64,000 nucleotides of DNA, taken from the NCBI GenBank assembly GCA_039621445.1, contig CP154954.1:38363703-38427702 (forward strand), in the 5' to 3' direction. The translations under genes were made by a program, and so were the position numbers. A model generated the notes under the pieces. That model ran no database searches. It was not told the origin of the DNA and saw only the letters and a program-made list of their open reading frames with translations. Below, piece by piece: positions 61,281-64,000 of the stretch. Numbering within the stretch: the stretch's first letter is position 1; each line of letters begins with the position of its first letter. Source of the stretch: Euglena gracilis. Taxonomy: Eukaryota.

Positions 61281-62580
61281 CCCTTGTTACTCCCTGTGCC
61301 GCCACACGTCGCGGGTTGTTTATACTCTGGGTGTAATGTACAAAAGAGTGCTGAGTGATACTTGTTCAGGGTGCGGAGGTTAGTGGTTAGAGGAAGATGA
61401 GCAAAGGTCACCTTCAATATATTGGGCGGGGAGGGGGCGTTTGTACCTCTTTTGAAACGGGATGGCGTGTTTGTGTCGGGTTTTTGGCTGTTGTGTGTTT
61501 TGCTTCTCTCCGCGTCTTTGTGATCCGTTGATATGTTTTTGGCTCGGCGTGTGGCTCTGCTCAAGGGGTTACTAGGGGTTACTGAGTTGTGCCTTCTTTG
61601 CTCATTTTGTAATCTGAACTTGGGGTGTAAACGGCAGGTGAGAGGTCAATGTTGGTGATTTTTGTTGAGAGCTCAAAGGCCTTCAGACAGAATATGGTGA
61701 GTGGGCGGAAGACAGGGTGATCTCATATTTGGAAGAATACAAGCTCCGAACGAGCTATCTGCTGATTTCTCTCATTAGAGTGAAGGAAGGCCTTGCCAAA
61801 TGCCTGCTTCCGCGGCCGATGTCACCCTTCCCGCTGCCCCAAAAGGGCCTTGAGGAGGGTGGCCATCAAGGAGCGCGCTTCCTGTCGCATGCCCCCGTAG
61901 CAATCCATGACAAATGCCCTTTTTTGCTCTCAAATCTCCTCCAACGGTGGTGGGCCGACTTTTTTTTTAAAAACTTGCTGGACCCAAGCGTTTCACTTTC
62001 TCGGATGTGGAGCTACACTCCGCCAGGGGGCATTAGCCCTAGGGTTCGAGGCACTCGAAGTCCTCCATCCCTTGCCTCAGCTCCTGATGCTTGGCGATGG
62101 CGTGCTTGATAGGGGTTGCTTGTCTTTGGTGTCACTGCTCGGCCGAAGCCGCAATGGTTTAATCGTGACACGTCAGGTGGGCAAACGCCGTTGAATCTAT
62201 GGTTCGCCGGCCCTTACCCATCAGGCACGCCAGGGTCGAGCCTCTGGTTGCTGATTTCTACCTCGGCGCCATCGGAACTTCCCGCCATACGGCAACCATT
62301 CCTTACCCCGCCTGGCAGCGCCGTATGCCATGGCTGGTTCAAATCCCGTGCACCCCCGGATCGGAGTTTAGCTCATCGGGACTCGAAGCCGCGCGTCCAG
62401 AAGATGGTACCGATCGAAGCCGGCCCTCGGGATGTAAATTTGTGATGCTGGCGCCATGTCAACGTCCTCACCCGCCACCGACGGGGGCTCTGCGGGCGGT
62501 GGTGCAGCAGGAGGGATGGACATTTGTGATGCTGGCGCCATGTCAATATCCTCACACGGAACAAATGGTGGGTCTGTAGG

Positions 62581-62619
62581 AGGTCCGGGGTTACTTTCAA
62601 TGTCCCCGCAGCTGAGTAA
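62581..62619 (-). other. 2A-like (StopGo) peptide LLSCGDIESNPG/P
   Basis: Exact match to D(V/I)ExNPG-P with the typical upstream LLxxG context, in ORF 62368..62736. Confidence 0.85.
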
Positions 62620-63939
62620 AGACCGTCCTCGGCCCGCTCCCCCCGATGCTGCCAGTGTGAAAGATCCGGGCAGCATGCCCACAATGGCAATTGCTGGCAT
62701 GCAGATGGCAGCTTCCGCAACACTGGCATTCTTCAACCTTCAGAACACAGAACTTACACACCCAGCAGACTTTGCATAATCTCCCCTTTGAATTTGCCAG
62801 GCACTTGGGACACCCAATCCCAGGGGACTTTCCCAATTCTTCTTCCCCTTGGCGCGCAGCATAAGCCAAATGCACAAATACAGCAGAACACTCCTTCAAG
62901 TCCAGTCCACAGCGCCACGCAAACAAGTCATGGGATTTGCCCTACCAGCAAAATGAATTAGGAACTTGTCTGCTGGAAATCCTTAATTCACCAATCTGTA
63001 ATGCCACATGTTGTAATGCCACAGGCTGGCATGCCAAAAGTTGCTGTGCAGCAAGGCCACTCACACTCCCCTCTCCGGGCGAGCTTTGCTGGGTCCAACT
63101 CCCAACAAAGCGAGTCAAAAAATTAAAAAGTGGCCTTGGTTGCAGTCACACCCATAAAATAAAAAAATAGAAATTTTAAATACGGTTCGAAGTGTTGCAC
63201 CTGTCTTGGGGCAAAGCTCCCTCAGGTGGACACTCCTACAGCAAACACACAGGCAGGCTGCAGAGGAAGGGCACCCACACCCCCTTGGAACCTCCTCCCC
63301 TGATGACCTCTTCTTTTTCAGGGGAAGACATCCCAAAGATGCCCCTTGGACCATCATGGGTGGAAACCTACCCTTCCACCCAAAATGGCCCAGAGAGTTG
63401 GGTGGGGTCCCAAGCAGGGGGTGAAATGGGCAAACTGGGGCATTTAAATTCTAGTTAATTTGGTCAACCGCGGCTCACCACAACCCACTGTCGAGCCATT
63501 TAATGAGATTTCCACCCAGCAAACACCCACCGCGGCATGGCCACATGCCCTCAGCGGCCATCTCCCACAGACATGTGTAATTTATTGGGTTTACTGCCCC
63601 AGAATTGGCCACAGACACAGCACGCGGCATGCCACAAACATCAGCCAAATACCTCGAATCTGACCTGTCCAGCTTGCCATTACTTCCCCTTCACTTTCTT
63701 CCTCCTCTCTCTTCTTCCCCTTGTTCTGGCTTTTCCTTCTGTCTGCACCCCCTTGTCGCACATCTCGATTGCATGTCTGAATTTGGAATCTCCATGTCCA
63801 AAATTGTCTTCAACACTTCTGTCCGAAACCTTCCCATGACCAAATCTGGCATTGCAATCTTCAGCATGACTGCCCAGATCATGCACTTTCTGAGCATCTT
63901 GGGCAGAGAACTTGTTTGTACAGGCTGGACTGACTTGTT

Positions 63940-64000
63940 TGTGAAAGATCCGGGCAGCATGCCCACAATGGCAATTGCTGGCATGCAGATGGCAGCTTCC
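63940..64000. repeat. Direct duplicate of 62656-62716, running off the window end
   Basis: 61-bp identity tgtgaaagatccgggcagcat...ggcagcttcc. Confidence 0.92.

Noticed and set aside
63885-63894. Spliced-leader gene or target (actttctgag resembles the start of the Euglena SL as I recall it)
   Set aside because: Only 10 nt match and the rest of the leader is absent, so SL-specific insertion of the CRE-like element is unsupported.
1-64000. Functional G-quadruplex system from the abundant G/C runs
   Set aside because: The runs are intrinsic to the MITEs and the satellite, their lengths are error-prone, and no independent evidence of function is visible.

Overview
Repeat-dense eukaryotic nuclear DNA, inferred to be euglenozoan and most likely a euglenid. 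The supporting signs are short GC-rich exons, GT-AG introns mixed with CAG...CTG base-paired insertions, TTAGGG repeats and a CRE/SLACS-type retroposon. Most of the window is nested non-autonomous DNA transposons of three classes: hAT-type MITEs (CAG/CAT...CTG/ATG termini, 8-bp TSDs), TA-flanked C-run/G-run MITEs, and GGNRM-ended Merlin-like elements with 8-bp TSDs. It also holds a 29-bp minisatellite (17.2-20.2 kb), a ~16-kb array of a ~197-bp satellite (30.7-46.7 kb) apparently grown from a transposon arm, and a decayed RLE non-LTR retrotransposon (minus strand, 58.7-62.9 kb) with a 2A-like DIESNPG/P motif upstream. A + strand gene ending in a PDZ domain (stop at 54834) can be partly assembled. 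The main observation is that this PDZ domain is split by a hAT MITE with a perfect 8-bp TSD (54033-54340). The frame is restored only by removing the element plus one TSD, which is exactly the geometry of euglenid nonconventional introns (CAG at +4..+6, CTG at -8..-6; 3+5 flanking nt = 8-bp TSD). This suggests hAT MITEs act as intron generators. No rRNA, tRNA, CRISPR array or autonomous transposase was seen. Coordinates were counted by hand, and homopolymer lengths may contain sequencing error.
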